Below are positions 8,850 to 22,299 of a DNA stretch of 64,000 bases, one piece after another. Origin of the DNA: a virus (Duplodnaviria > Caudoviricetes); IMG/VR virus record IMGVR_UViG_3300015615_000196, positions 298,604 to 362,603 of that record, one strand, 5' to 3'. Every line of letters starts with the position of its first letter. Within the stretch, counting starts at the first letter, position 1. The position numbers and the translations under genes are program-made. Under the pieces are notes generated by a model. That model saw only the letters and a list, made by a program, of their open reading frames with translations. It was not told the origin of the DNA and searched no databases.

Positions 8850-10240
8850 AATTGAAGTAGGAGATTATCGAATGATTGATTTGGCAATGATGATCGCCAC
8901 ATCACAAATTTCAAGACGTGTGATACACGAAGGGTTTGAATACGAAGTGAAAGACATCATCAGTAGAATCATGGGATTCGATGAAAAAACAAAAAATCCG
9001 ATATGGATTGACGGAAAATTTTATGTACTGGCGAGAGTAAACCCTAACGACATAACACCAGTTATCGTTTACATGCATGAAACGCCATATAAACAACAAT
9101 ATCTCAACGGGTGATTACAGCATCAAAGATATTATTGCCCTGCTGCTTAATTGGCAATTCCGTCTTGGTGATTCCATCGAAACATCGTCTCAATGGAATG
9201 GGATTACAGTGAAATACCGTGCAACGCTGGCAGCATATGACGAACGTACTGCCTGTTTGAAAATCACTGAGAAGATACGAATAGACGAAAACGGGCAGGT
9301 TTCAAAAGAAGTTTACAAAGACGAGTACACAAATCTGCCCATTGAGTATCTGGAATTCTTTAAGCATGTGTTCTGAGGCCATGCTGAGTATTTATAGCGT
9401 AGAAGGCAATGAAAATTACTCACCCCGATTTTATAAAAAATGGTTACTATTCCATTTTGGACATTCAGGAATATTTACTAAGTTTGAAACTTAAAGAGGC
9501 GAGACATAAGCTGGAAATGGACGAGAAAAGCGTTCCGGTGACAGCATATATCGACCACACGCTTACGGCCTTTAGAGAACTTTTGAAAATGATCGACAAG
9601 TCTCAATTGCCGTTGGTGTACCGCGAAATAGAAAAAGCGATAGCACAAATTGAGGAATTGAAGCATCCCAAAGCTAATGCAAAAAAGAATAGAAATTCTA
9701 CATGGTGATTTTGGAACGGTCAGGAACGAACTTGGCCAACTCGTAAACAATGAAGTAGAAGAAATTATTTCACTAACCCATAGCACCAGTTCCAACAATA
9801 CGAACTCATTCATCACAATCGTGATTATCTTTATACCTAAACAAGAAGAGGATGAAAAACAATAATGCACTTGTAAACATTGGACTTGCTCAACTGGCAA
9901 AAGAAAAGGGCTTCGATGAAATTTGTGATGCCGGATATTGTTTCGACACTACGAAACAAGCCTACTACACAAACTACGATCCTGATTATTTCAAGAACAG
10001 TTTGTTGTGGGAGAAGCACACGGCAGCACCAACTCGTGAGCAATTACAGACTTGGTTGCGTGAGAGAAACGTGATCGTCACTGTTGAAGTAGATCGCACC
10101 TACGAACCAAAGTTCGTCTACAGTGTGGATGTCTACAAAGATGGTGGCAATTGGGACAAAGAACTCAACAAGTACTCTGACTTGTACTACAAGTACGAAC
10201 AGGCACTTGAAGATGGATTACAAGAGGGTTTAAGTAAACT

Positions 10241-10951
10241 ATGAAAATCATTTCTCAGTTCAAGGACTTTTACGATTTTGTTGTCACTGAAACCGACAAC
10301 AGAAAAGTTTTTGTCCGTGCAACAAAAGATGTTGTCTTCACGAAAGAAGAACAAAAGAAAAACCCATCGAGAACTATCCTTTCTCCTATTCCAAGAGAGA
10401 AGGTTTCTCAATTAGATAGAAGAGACTATATCGCACATTTCGATCATGGTCACGTCAGTGTTGTTGCATTCTGCAATAAGCTACACACATATCTACAGTA
10501 CAAGAATTTGATCTATTGGAGATACGAAGACATACCAGCAGACGTATTAAAGGATTTGGAACCATACGGACGTAGTAGATGGGAGACCAGTGATGAAGAC
10601 TACGAGAAGTATAGCTGGTATCACAATCCGTTGAAGGATATTCTTCGCTACAAGAAAATTGATTGGGTGAGAGATCGTCATACCAAAGAGCCATACGAAA
10701 CCAAACTCAACAAAGCATTTAACGCTCCTGTTCTCATTGTAAAGGACGGAACGCTTGATCACATTACGCTCAATCCAAGATTGACTGACATTGGCTTCAA
10801 TCGTATCCTTACACCTACCGAAGCATATCAGGACATCTACAATTGGATTCCGTACAACGAACCAGAAGTACCTTCTTCGCCAACGGACTTGAGCCGTTAC
10901 GAAGCAAAAGGATTTGACAAGAAGACCTCATTTAGACCAAAGATGAAATGA
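10241..10951 (+). CDS. conserved phage hypothetical protein
   Basis: MKIISxFKDFYD N-terminus and GFDKKTSFR C-terminus; overlapping start/stop with neighbours. Confidence 0.55.
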   Translation: MKIISQFKDFYDFVVTETDNRKVFVRATKDVVFTKEEQKKNPSRTILSPIPREKVSQLDRRDYIAHFDHGHVSVVAFCNKLHTYLQYKNLIYWRYEDIPADVLKDLEPYGRSRWETSDEDYEKYSWYHNPLKDILRYKKIDWVRDRHTKEPYETKLNKAFNAPVLIVKDGTLDHITLNPRLTDIGFNRILTPTEAYQDIYNWIPYNEPEVPSSPTDLSRYEAKGFDKKTSFRPKMK

Positions 10952-12059
10952 GAATTCTTTTTGATGAAGAAAGAAAACGACCATTGAAAGTTGTCAATCG
11001 AAAAGGTCATTTCTCCATGCGAGACATAGGAGAATGGATCAAGGCCATTTCGAGTATCAACAGAGAATTCAATGGTGATGCGTACCAAAATACGAATGAA
11101 GAGATTATTTATGGCTATGGAAATGGTGATATGGTTTATCGTTTTGAATTGGAAGAACGAATTAATAACCTACCACCAGAATTGAAGGCACGTTATTCAA
11201 AACCGATCAATAAGAACTACTATAAAACTTTCACTTTAAAATGACACTGTTCCTTAGAAACAAAAACAACCGATCAATCGTAGACATTGACATCTACGTT
11301 AAAACAGAAGAAGGTCGCAAGTTCGTTGAATTAAACAGTAGTGTGATTATCGACACCTACTCTGACTTCTTGATGAACAACCTCAACAATGCCAACGAGA
11401 TCATAGATACATTCACGTACATTTCTGATTTGCGTGGTTGGCTTTGGGAAAGCTATTTCGCTGGTGAAGAAAACGATCCAGAAAGACTTCAAGACGTAAT
11501 CAAGGAAGTTAAATCTTTCTTGAAGGGCGTTGCAACAAAATACGAACTTTATTACGTAGAGGATTGAAACCAGTCCACTACACCATGCGCAACTTGGAAG
11601 AGATCATTCGAAGGGGCGCAAACGTCAATAGAATCAAGGTTGGCGACATTTTGTATTTACGTCTTGATTTCTTAAATTTGAAGATTGAAGAAGAGATTGA
11701 GGTTGTGGATATTCAGGACGGCAAGTACTTTATCAAGACCTTGAGAGCATTCAAGCGAATTGATGAACGAACACGGTTGATTATTCCAGATGCCTATATC
11801 CAGTTTTTTACGTTGAATGACGTGGATGATACTATCTTCAAAACACCGAAATACCTATGAGCGAACTAAAGTGGAAAAGCATGGAAACGAAGGTTTGGGG
11901 ATTTCATTTAGACCCTGAGCCGGAAGTAATTTATGTAATCGAAGGTTGCAGTGCTGGCAACTACATTGTCGTTCACGAAGACGCATTCGGATATTCAACG
12001 GGTCAAACCGAAATCATGACCAAAGAAGCAGTCGAAGAAAAATACGGAATCAAACTACA

Positions 12060-12419
12060 ATGAAAGCATCAGATGTAAAATTTAAGGTGTGGGATAAGGA
12101 AGAAAAGAAATTTGTTCGTCAGGTCGAAATAGACCGCATCCCCACTCAAAACACTCGTTACGGTTTTAAACTGAAAAGCGTTTTTGAATTGTTCCTTTAC
12201 ACTGGTGAGAAAGACACTGGTGGAAAAGAGATTTATGATGGTGATATTCTCGAAGTATCATTGCATCCACACATTTCACAACATATTGTGAAGTTTGAAA
12301 ATGGTGCTTATGGTGTTTACGAAGACAACACATTTAAAGTACTCGGTAAATTTCTTGGGTACTACAATGGATTGGACGGCACGATCACTGTCGTTGGACA
12401 CGTTAAAAAACTAAAATGA
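12060..12419 (+). CDS. YopX-family protein
   Basis: KFKVWDK...YTGEKDTGGKEIYDGDIL...VVGHV. Confidence 0.8.
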   Translation: MKASDVKFKVWDKEEKKFVRQVEIDRIPTQNTRYGFKLKSVFELFLYTGEKDTGGKEIYDGDILEVSLHPHISQHIVKFENGAYGVYEDNTFKVLGKFLGYYNGLDGTITVVGHVKKLK

Positions 12420-12868
12420 AAGTATACTTAGCTGGCGCAATTACTGGACAAAGTGAAGGTAGTGCAAAGGGTTGGAGAGAAGCAGTCACTGAACGTTTGA
12501 AAGACGTTGGAATCACTGGTTACTCACCAATGAGAGGAACGGCATACGTTTCAGGAACACAAGGTCTTACTGAAAAGGAAAAGACAAAGTTCTTCGGACA
12601 AAACATTGACTCCATCGTTGGTATCAATGTGAGGGACTACAACGACTGCAAGACTTCGGATGCGATTCTTGTTAACCTGCTTCCTGCCACAAAGGTATCA
12701 ATTGGTACTGTGATGGAAATTGCATGGGCAAGAGCATTTCAAATTCCAGTGGTAATTGTAATGAACGAAGAAAATGTTCATCGTCATGGTATGCTTATGC
12801 ATGGTAATATTGTAGTCGATAACCTTGACGAAGGTGTTGCTTCAATCATTCAACTTTTAAAACCATAA
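12416..12868 (+). CDS. nucleoside 2'-deoxyribosyltransferase-like protein
   Basis: VYLAG, D...SDAILVNL, SIGTVMEIAWA...IPVV. Confidence 0.8.
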   Translation: MKVYLAGAITGQSEGSAKGWREAVTERLKDVGITGYSPMRGTAYVSGTQGLTEKEKTKFFGQNIDSIVGINVRDYNDCKTSDAILVNLLPATKVSIGTVMEIAWARAFQIPVVIVMNEENVHRHGMLMHGNIVVDNLDEGVASIIQLLKP

Positions 12869-12870
12869 CT

Positions 12871-13626
12871 ATGTGGGATAAAACATTAAAACAGAATACA
12901 GAAGGATTCGCGAATCAAGTCTATGACATATTGGAACGCATTGGCGGTGCTGTGCCAAACCAACGTATTCCTTTTGTCTATGAACATCTTGAATCGGAGT
13001 ATCCGTGCAGAGAATGGAGATTCATGGGAAAACTTGGTGTTGGTGGAAAATACAGGGCACAACGTAATCGCGTAGATTATTACCATGAAGATGAAACTCC
13101 TGAAATGGTTCTGGTGACGGATGCTATAAATGAAGCACTCACGAAACTTGAGCGCAAGCATATCGTCTATGTTGACATGGATGGTGTAGTTGCCGATTTC
13201 AATGCAGAGATCATTAAAGTTCATCCTACTATCTTCGAACATGAAGATGGTGACTACAGAGGAAAGGTCATTGATGAAATCTGTGAAGCAGACGTAAACA
13301 TTTTTCAACGTCTCAAACCAATTCCCGGAGCAGTTGAAGCAATCGACAAGTTGAAAGATTACTATGAGATTTTCTTCTTATCAACTCCGATGTGGAATGT
13401 TCCTCATTCGTTCACTGACAAGAGATTGTGGATTGAGCAATACTTCGGTGAAGTCGGAAAGAAGCGTTTGATTCTCACCCATCATAAAGACCTCAACGTA
13501 GGTGAATATTTGATCGATGACAGATTGAAGAACGGTGCAGAGAAGTTCACAGGCAAGCATCTACACTTTGGCACACAGTCATTTCCTGACTGGAAATCGG
13601 TAGAAGAATACCTGCTACCAAAATAA
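12871..13626 (+). CDS. 5'(3')-deoxyribonucleotidase (HAD, NT5C-like) with extra N-terminal domain
   Basis: VYVDMDGVVADF, FLSTP, K..WIE, LILTHHK, LIDDR..NGA..F.G. Confidence 0.85.
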   Translation: MWDKTLKQNTEGFANQVYDILERIGGAVPNQRIPFVYEHLESEYPCREWRFMGKLGVGGKYRAQRNRVDYYHEDETPEMVLVTDAINEALTKLERKHIVYVDMDGVVADFNAEIIKVHPTIFEHEDGDYRGKVIDEICEADVNIFQRLKPIPGAVEAIDKLKDYYEIFFLSTPMWNVPHSFTDKRLWIEQYFGEVGKKRLILTHHKDLNVGEYLIDDRLKNGAEKFTGKHLHFGTQSFPDWKSVEEYLLPK

Positions 13627-13656
13627 CCTTTTTACGAAATCTACGTATAAGGAAGA

Positions 13657-13902
13657 ATGGAAGTGTATCGACCCAAATTCAACACTGTCTTCGCAGAACA
13701 AATATCGCGTCAGAAATTGACGAATGGCAGCATTCGCAATATTGACCGGGATAATATCGTTGTCTGGTCTGACCATGCAATTGTCACCACCACAAAAGAG
13801 AAGGTGAAGGCAAATCTTGGCGACTGGATAGTGAGACATGCTGACGGTGAGATTTGGGTCTTCACTAATGAAATGTTTCACTTTTTATACAAACACATTT
13901 AA
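13657..13902 (+). CDS. small phage protein (GDWIV..DGE.W family)
   Basis: ANLGDWIVRHADGEIWVF...F..LY; own AACCTT..CGTATAA promoter at 13625-13650. Confidence 0.55.
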   Translation: MEVYRPKFNTVFAEQISRQKLTNGSIRNIDRDNIVVWSDHAIVTTTKEKVKANLGDWIVRHADGEIWVFTNEMFHFLYKHI

Positions 13903-13905
13903 CTT

Positions 13906-14481
13906 ATGGCAAATCTAATTATCTTCGGTTCAATTTGGTTTTGGATTCTGACAGTTGTCAGTGTTGGCATTATTTGGAATTCACTCGAACGTGCATTGAA
14001 TAGCACAGAAGACGATGGTGGTGGTATCTTTGCCACGATCATCCTGATCGCATTCGGAGTCCTCTATTACTTTTTCGGTTCCAAAGAACACGTTGAATCG
14101 ATTTTTCAATTCATCATTCACAATTCCGGTACGATCATTGGTATTATTGGAGGTTATCTTGTGGCCGGAGTTATTTGGTCAATCGTGAAATGGTTCTTTT
14201 TCCTTCACGATGCAAAAGACAAATTCTTAAAGAACGTATCACAATATCCGAACACATACAAGATGTCGGAGATTACCAAGCACATTCCTACAGCTTCCGA
14301 TAACAAGTTTCGTATTCTCACTTGGATGTATCTGTGGGTCTTTTCTGCAACGTGGACACTTATTGATCAACCGATCAAACGTACTTTCCGTTTCATCTAC
14401 AACAAACTGGAATCTACCTACGATAAGATGGCGGTTAAAATCTTTGGCGACCTGACCAATGAAGATCAGAAACAAGCATAG
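13906..14481 (+). CDS. multi-pass membrane protein
   Basis: Four hydrophobic segments. Confidence 0.6.
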   Translation: MANLIIFGSIWFWILTVVSVGIIWNSLERALNSTEDDGGGIFATIILIAFGVLYYFFGSKEHVESIFQFIIHNSGTIIGIIGGYLVAGVIWSIVKWFFFLHDAKDKFLKNVSQYPNTYKMSEITKHIPTASDNKFRILTWMYLWVFSATWTLIDQPIKRTFRFIYNKLESTYDKMAVKIFGDLTNEDQKQA

Positions 14482-15223
14482 CAACTTCGTTGACCCGAAG
14501 CGTTTGAATCTCGACAACGTTGAGGTTTACAAAGACACTTTGCTCAAGGCAACGCAGTACCCAATCGGTGAGACATTCAAGCACGACTATCGCGAGTACA
14601 AGACAAACGTACTTGAACAAAGACGTGGTGAAGTCTTCGTAGAGAACATTGATTCAGTTGGTGCATTGATCAAATACAACGAAGCACCTACTTGTCTCCT
14701 GAATATGGCATCTGCCAAAACTCAAGGTGGTGGTGTTGCTTACGGTTCCAAAGCACAGGAAGAAGCACTCTTCCGTTGCTCGAACTTGGGGCTTTCAATT
14801 TCGTCTGCACACTATCCGTTGGGTGACGAGAAGTTTTTGTACACGGTCGATGCCGTGTTCTTCAAAGATAAAGACTACAACGATCTCCCTGATGGTCATG
14901 AAGCAGACGTAATCACTTGTGCTGCAATCAAAATTGTGGACGGTGTGAAGGAAGCGAACTACGAAGAACTGACCAACAAGAAGATTTATTCTATTCTCAC
15001 ATATCCTGCTTTCAGAGCAGAGAATCTTGTGGTAGGTGCGTGGGGTTGTGGAGTGTATAAGAACGATCCGGTATTTATAGCAAACACGTTCAAGAAGCAT
15101 TTGATTACTTTGCGACACCTGTACGACAAAGTGATCTTTGCAGTCATCAATGACGAGAACAGTGTGGGCAATAATTACCAGATATTCAAATCCATTCTGG
15201 AAGATGGAACGCTTAAAGATTGA
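14459..15223 (+). CDS. microbial PARG-like macrodomain (TIGR02452/DUF2263 type)
   Basis: LNMAS...GGG-x6-AQEEALFRCS catalytic signature, VITCAA, LVVGAWGCGVY.N.P. Confidence 0.85.
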   Translation: MKIRNKHSNFVDPKRLNLDNVEVYKDTLLKATQYPIGETFKHDYREYKTNVLEQRRGEVFVENIDSVGALIKYNEAPTCLLNMASAKTQGGGVAYGSKAQEEALFRCSNLGLSISSAHYPLGDEKFLYTVDAVFFKDKDYNDLPDGHEADVITCAAIKIVDGVKEANYEELTNKKIYSILTYPAFRAENLVVGAWGCGVYKNDPVFIANTFKKHLITLRHLYDKVIFAVINDENSVGNNYQIFKSILEDGTLKD

Positions 15224-17714
15224 GGACATACTTCTCCCCGGAGCAAAGATGGAAGTCGAGAAAATTGACTTCGATGACCCAAAGAATGCCCATATAAAAG
15301 CACTGTTTGAGGACACCCGTAAACGACAAGAAGAACTCCTGAAATTGAAGGAAATCGATCCGTCCATATGGGATTTACGCATCACAATCTAAACCTTTTG
15401 GCTTATTTTCCGTACAAGACCGTATGGACACGCTCGTAATACATCCATTTGACCCTACAACTGCGTTTTTAAGCACAATTTACGCAGACATGAAGTGGAC
15501 TGTCCTTTCGGAGAACGTGTCTAAAAAGGTGCTTAAAGAGCAAATAAAGGCTCACCAGAGAATCATCCTTATGGGACACGGTTCCAACATGGGATTGTTC
15601 GGACACGGTAGGCTTTTCATCGACTCAAAACTTGTTTACCTTTTGAGAGAGAAGGAGTGCATCTGTATCTGGTGTAACGCCAATGAATTTGTATCGAGAT
15701 ACGAATTGAAAGGCTTCTACACTGGTATGATAATTTCTGATTTCGAAGAAGCATTGCTATACTGCATAAAGTGTACGGCAGACGATATTGATTCTTCGAA
15801 TCGTTTGTTTGCTGAGATTGTTCGTGCAGCTATTTTCACGGAGAACTGTGAAGCAATGGCGAGTATGATCAAGAAGTTATACCATAGGGATGATAACCCT
15901 GTGATTTTATTCAACAAAGAAAACATCTTCAACACATGAGTGTTTGTAAAATAAAAGAGAGAGAAGGCAGGTGCGATCTACGTACTGTCATCGTAATTGA
16001 AGGAGGTATGAGTGATGACGTTGTACGTTGGTGTGCATACTGTGGTGCGGTTGTTGTAGATACTGATGTTGACGGGAGAGTCCATCCGGGCAAAGTACGC
16101 CCGATGGTCTTTCCTGAAATCGCAAAGAAAAAACAAGATGGCGAATAGCGAAAAGAAAGGAGTGTCCTACAAGGACATTAAACCTACTGCTGGACTTCCG
16201 GTAAGCCAAGAGGAATACAATCGGTTTCTCGAAGTCTATCACTCGATTCGTCCTTATCTTGAACGCGAGTTACAAGTCACGAAGGAACAACTCTTGAAAG
16301 AGTTTCCTGATCGTAAGCAAATGGTTGAAGATGTTTGGACTTGCGTTGTTGATATGAAAATGAAATGGCCACATGAAATGGTCGGAACTGTTTTTAACGT
16401 ATGATAGAAATTTTAAAACACCCTATTTTTATCGGAGTCATGTCCTTCTGTGCTGGCTTCTTACTTTGCTATTCGTTTGTCTTGATTGACAAGAGAAGGG
16501 AACAAAGAGATAAACGGTTCAACAAGAAAGGGACAAATCATTACGTAAAGATTCCGGGACACAATAATCCGATCCCAATTTGTGTCAATGAGCAAATCAA
16601 TCGTGGTCATGAATTCGTATTGGATAGAATTGCGTATATTGTGGCAAGTATCCAACATAAGAAGACTGGTGAAGTAATATTTCACCTTAGACATCAAGTA
16701 CTATGAGAGAAGCGATCAAAACATTTTTCAAACAACTTTTCTGCAAGCACGATTATCGACTGGATAATCCTGACGAAGTGTTTCCTGAGCCACCGAAGAA
16801 CGGTTGGATTAGTTTCACTCGTGGACACACTTGTTCCAAATGCAGTAAGAAAACGATTCTCGGAAGCGGGATAATAATGTGATGAAATACGAATTGAAAT
16901 ACGACCAGCCTACCGAAGTCACTGAGAAGCAGTACAACGAAGCACGTAAACGCTTCGGTGGTATTATTGCCCATCGTAAAGATGAAGAGACTGGCAAGTA
17001 CTATATTAAACTCTGGTTGACAAAATACAGAGCACTTGTTCAGGAATGTTTAATTCAAAACGAAGAGAAATGAAAAAGTTCATCGTAAGACCGTTGAGCA
17101 ATTCACAGGGCTTCAACATGAAGCACATGAGTTCCGAGTATGAAGTCACTGAGTTGAGTTGGAGGAACGTCTTCAACCCCGAACACAAACCTACCTTTTG
17201 GGGTGGGATTGAAGCAGTGAGTAAACACGCTGCTCTTGCAGGGTTTCATTACTTTGCATGGAACGGATGGGTCTATGAAACTGGTGGTGACCGCACCGAT
17301 GTAAAAACCGAAACACTTGGATAATATGGAAGCCGAGAAAAGAATTGCAGAGATCGACAAGGAAACTTCCGATCTACACCAGACCTTGAATAAGATGGAT
17401 AATGAAGATCATCCTGACGATTCAGATTTTGATGGCTACGAAAAACGTAGGGAACCCGTGTGGGCGAAGATCGGTGCACTGAGCAGGGAGAAACGATTGA
17501 TCATGACTCCCACATTCAGAGAACTTCCCACTTACGGTGACGTAATGTCTTTGAAGCAATTCATATCCTGTGTGAAGTCAGGTGGATTCATCGACTACGA
17601 TGGACATGGTTGCTATGTGAAAGATGGCAAGGCAACGGACATTAACATCTATCCGAGTGATCATCACTACAAGTCCATCCGTAAAGACTTTGACACAATC
17701 ATTTGGTTCAATCG

Positions 17715-18290
17715 ATGAAACGACTGGCATTAATTTCAATCTTCTTTCTTGCATTCACAGGAATAGAGACTAAGACCCTGATCATCGGGGATAGCATTAG
17801 TGTCTATGCAAATGGTTGGCAGGATGTTCTTTGTAAGGACAAGAAGCTGAATTGTACCAACATTGCCAAAGGTGGAATGAAGACCGACTGGATGGTTAAA
17901 ACACTCAAGGCACACTTGAAGACAAACCACAGCTACAGTCAGGTAATCATCTACGGTGGCATCAACGACATATTCTCTTATGTACCTGCTGATTCAGTTG
18001 TGAAGAACGTGGAGAGAATGGTTGCCCTTTGCAAGCAATACAAAATAAAGCCAATTGTGATCATCGGATACGATCCGAATACGATCATTCATAATTCATG
18101 GGTAACTGATCGTGCACTGGAAACAAAACTACGTAACAACTACGTGGAGTATCAGAGACGTTTGATGAACGTACAAGGTGCTGAGATCATTCCAATGGTT
18201 CCTACTACCGAAGCGGATTCAGGAGACGGTATTCATTTGAGCCGTCAAGGTCATAAGACTTTTGCTGAATACTTCGCCAATTACTTTTAA
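17715..18290 (+). CDS. secreted SGNH/GDSL hydrolase
   Basis: Signal peptide, IGDSIS, GG, YGGIND, DGIH. Confidence 0.85.
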   Translation: MKRLALISIFFLAFTGIETKTLIIGDSISVYANGWQDVLCKDKKLNCTNIAKGGMKTDWMVKTLKAHLKTNHSYSQVIIYGGINDIFSYVPADSVVKNVERMVALCKQYKIKPIVIIGYDPNTIIHNSWVTDRALETKLRNNYVEYQRRLMNVQGAEIIPMVPTTEADSGDGIHLSRQGHKTFAEYFANYF

Positions 18291-18739
18291 GAAGTCCAAC
18301 GAGAATTTAGCTTGTGCCAAGTTCTTCCTTGTAGTCTTTCGTGAGACTCAATACAGTTTTGGCAAGCAGTAACAATCCAACCTTGTGATTGCTGGACGTT
18401 TTGATTCGATCCACAAAACTCACAAGTTCTGTATGAAAGAGTTGAAGCGAAGTTGATTAGTTCGTGAACAACATCGTCAGCACCATCACAGTAAACACGA
18501 AGCCCACCAAATTTTTCTTTGATCTGAGCAATGCAGAATCCTTCCGGCACACCTTTGTGTTTGTGCTTGAAGTAGCTGTCGATGTGATCGAGCAGTTGTT
18601 CGAGAATTTCATACCAGCCATCACCACATTCGAATCCGAACATAGCGAATGCTCTCCTGTCTTCTGATGTGAATAGGTGTTCGTATTTGACACGAAGGTA
18701 ATCGTAACCTTCAAGATGTCCTGTGCTTCCTGTTGCCAT
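18287..18739 (-). CDS. conserved phage protein (QIKEKFGGLR family, CxxC motifs)
   Basis: GFECGDGW, QIKEKFGGLRVY, CEFCG, CQNC. Confidence 0.65.
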   Translation of the reverse strand: MATGSTGHLEGYDYLRVKYEHLFTSEDRRAFAMFGFECGDGWYEILEQLLDHIDSYFKHKHKGVPEGFCIAQIKEKFGGLRVYCDGADDVVHELINFASTLSYRTCEFCGSNQNVQQSQGWIVTACQNCIESHERLQGRTWHKLNSRWTS

Positions 18740-21700
18740 AATAGCAAAGATAGAAAAGTTTCAGAGAAAACAAAACTTAATTAGGTTATTGCCATTGTTG
18801 GTTGGGGCCACCACCGTAATCTACCATGACCTGACGACCATCCAGCATCCCGTAGTTCCCCGGCTTGTGATCTCCACAAACCTTAAATAAGTTTTCGATG
18901 GGCTTCCAGTTTTCGCGATCTACTGGTTCTGTTCGTTTCATGATAAGTAACCAACCGCCCCATGAACACCAGAGGACAGGACACAAATGTTCCTTAGTGT
19001 CTTCTAATGCAGTGTGAGGAATATTTGCAATGACCCAAACCATCTTCTCTTCCATATTGGCGAGAAGACCACGAAGGAAATGATTCCAGATGAAAGGCTT
19101 GGGAATTTTGAATGCGTAATTGCCGACCAGTATAACCAGTCGAGTTACGCCTGTGGTAATAAGCTGAATGTTTCTGGTCTTGCCCATGTGAGTGTGGCAT
19201 CTTCGTCCATGACATAGGCAACCATCACACCGTCCCAATTGTACAGGTGATGAACTTCATACGTCTTTCCCTTTTCAAATGAGTCGTATCTGGTTGTTGA
19301 CCATAGACCAATTCCTGATGTTGATCTTTCGGTTTGAATGCAAAGAAGTTTGTCACCTGCTTTAAGTCCAGCAATGACTTCTGTCTTCTGACCGTGATTG
19401 TCGTAGATTGTTGCTATTCTCATGATTTGCGTTCAGTGGATTTGCCGATGAAGTACCCCAATCCAACACCAAGTCCAACGACATACGGAAAATGTAGAAC
19501 GTCTCTTATGAAGGTGAGAATTAGAATGGTTACCACAATGGCAATGATTGCTTGGGTTTGAGTAATTTCGTTTTTCATTATGTTCGGTTTAGTATAAGTC
19601 TTCACTGTAAAGCGTGACCAATTCTTTCTTGATTTGTCCAGCAGCAAATGCGATCTTGGCAGCTTCCTCACGATCAACAAAACGATTTGTGTTGGTCAGG
19701 AAGCCTTGCTCGTGTTCGCCAGTTGCGTCTTCGGCAAATGTTACTGTACGCAATTTAGAGAGCGTATAGACCGTATTAATGCAATGGCCGTGTCTATGAC
19801 CACAAACAACCGTACCCTTGTCTATATTGACAGGAAGGAAGCGCATGGTAGGTAAATCTGGATACCAGATTGCAGCACACAAAATACGTTCGTCCATAGA
19901 GACGCAAGATAAGTAATTACTCAGACATTCCCAAGACATTGGGAACAGGTATCAAAACCGTTTTCAGCGTCAACGGTATTGACCCGGCATATGCAGCAAC
20001 GATAGATACCGTGCTTCTGGTCGTACATTTGTTGGGTGATGAAGTTGGTCTTAGGTACATCAAAGATGTGAGCAATGCCGTGTGCGAAGTAATGTGTAAC
20101 GCGATCATTGTCGGTTTTTAGTTCACCGATGATTTTCCCATCCTTATCCAGTATGTAGTAGGTTGTCATCTGAATTTTGTTTCGAGAATCTTCTTTATCT
20201 TCTCAGCATCTTCAAAGCGTTCTTCCTTCAACGCACTTTGCAATTCAGCATTAAGTTGAGTTTCATTCATGCCATCGAATTGATGCTTGACCTTTTCTTT
20301 TTTTATACGTGCTACTTTCCTTTCGGGGAATGCTTCTTCGTATAGCTGTGTCTCTATGCCACCATCAAAATAAAGATCAGCATCGAAATAGAAGCCATGA
20401 AACATTTTGAAGGGGAATGACACTGCAATTGCAACACACATACCAAAGACATTGGCTACAAGTAAGTGAGCCAATTCGTACATGACGTAGTTGCTATTGT
20501 ACGGGAAGACACGCATGAGCCACATAGTATATCCGAACACAGCAGTGGAAGCGATCCAGTAAGCAACATGAAATCCATTCCTATACCACACGTAGTCGGC
20601 AGTACGATAATGAAAGAGGCACACGTTTACAGGAATGAGAACAAACGAAATTAGAAATGAAGCCAGTGGTATATCGGCAGGAGCGAAGTAATACCAAGCA
20701 ACACCGTATGCAATATTGATAGCGATCAAGAATGCTTTCTTGACAATCTCTCGATTCTTCAAATACTTGATCAGCTTATCGTTACTCATAAGTGTTTTGT
20801 TTTTTCTCTGTTGCCTTTTGAAGACCTTCCCTGACCTTAATGAACTCGTCTCTCACGCCTTCTTCAATTGGTACAACCGAATTAACCAACAGTGGAGGCA
20901 TTGCTTCAAAGAATTCACCACAGGCTTCGTAGAAGCGACCGTACATGTTTTGCTCACCGTGATAGTTCTGTGCATTACGGTGCAGTTCTTTCGCTACAGC
21001 AATACGGAATTTCCGATTGTGTGCAAAGAGACGAATAAGTAAAAGTGCAATGTATTTCATATTTCTCCGGTCTTAACAAAATTTTGCAGAATGGGAATCA
21101 GGGCTTTCACTTGTTCTTGATTCAAGTGCATTCGAGAATCAACATCCCAATTACGGGGAAGTTCGGTTACGATGTACTTGCCCATCGATTCATTTTCGAA
21201 GACCGTGAGTTTCGGTTTGTCGATACCGAGCCAAATGGAAGTATCCATGTTACTCGATTTTTGAATTGAGCACTTGTTACCGTAGGTATCAACGAACTCA
21301 CCTTTCACGAAACCCCTTTGGGTCTTTGATGTCTTGATCTTCATGCGTTCTCTGCAAGTTTATGTGCTGCTGCCAAGTACTTACGCTTTGCTTCGTATGC
21401 TTGGTACTCGGCTTCATTAAGATTGTCAAGTTGTTCTGTGTGCCTTGAGAGCATCATGAACGTAGTTGCAATGAACGCCATTGAGAACGCACCTGTGCCG
21501 AACAGCACGATACAGAAACCACTGTTAAACTTTCCAGTCAGGAACAGTTGAGCAAAATATCCAGTGCCATTGAGGAACCATTCGGCAGAGATCAATGTCA
21601 ACATGAGACTTGAAAAAAGCGTAGGGATCAAAAGAATGAACGATACGCGAACTAAGGTTTTCATTTTCATATAACTGCGATTATGTTTTTTGCTGTGCAA

Positions 21701-22299
21701 GCTAAACGCATCTTTGGCGTTTCGATTGTGTAGGAATATTCCTTGAACTTGGATACTCGTGTCCCGGAAGGAGAGTGAACGGTAAGTACGTCATTCTCCA
21801 ACGTGTAGGGTACAGAGAAACATTCTATTGTACCTGATGCAGTCCAAAGACCACCACGCTTGAACGTACCGTCAGGATTCGTCTCAGCGTAGATTTTTTC
21901 AATCTCCACGATCTTACCCGTGTACTCGTTGTACAGGGAAGGCTTCTTGAGCCGAACGTTTTGTCCTATGGTATGTTTTGGTTCCATTAGTACAGGAGCA
22001 TTAAGTCGCGTGATGGGAATGAAATTTTTTCGTCAGGAAACTCGACAGTAACGTAGTCGTACTTACCCAACACTGCATTGTAAGGATAAGGATGCAGATA
22101 GCGACCTTTCTCGTCCTTTTGAAGAGGACTTACGATCTCAACGATCTTGCCGTAGTTGTGTGCAGGGATTTCTTTTGGATGGCAATGATTCTTCATTGTC
22201 TCCATTGCTTTTGGCGTTATTGCAGCCATATCCCCCACTTTGTACGTTCCTTTTTCCATATGTAGTTATACGGAAAAGCAGGGGAAAAGGTTATGAAAA

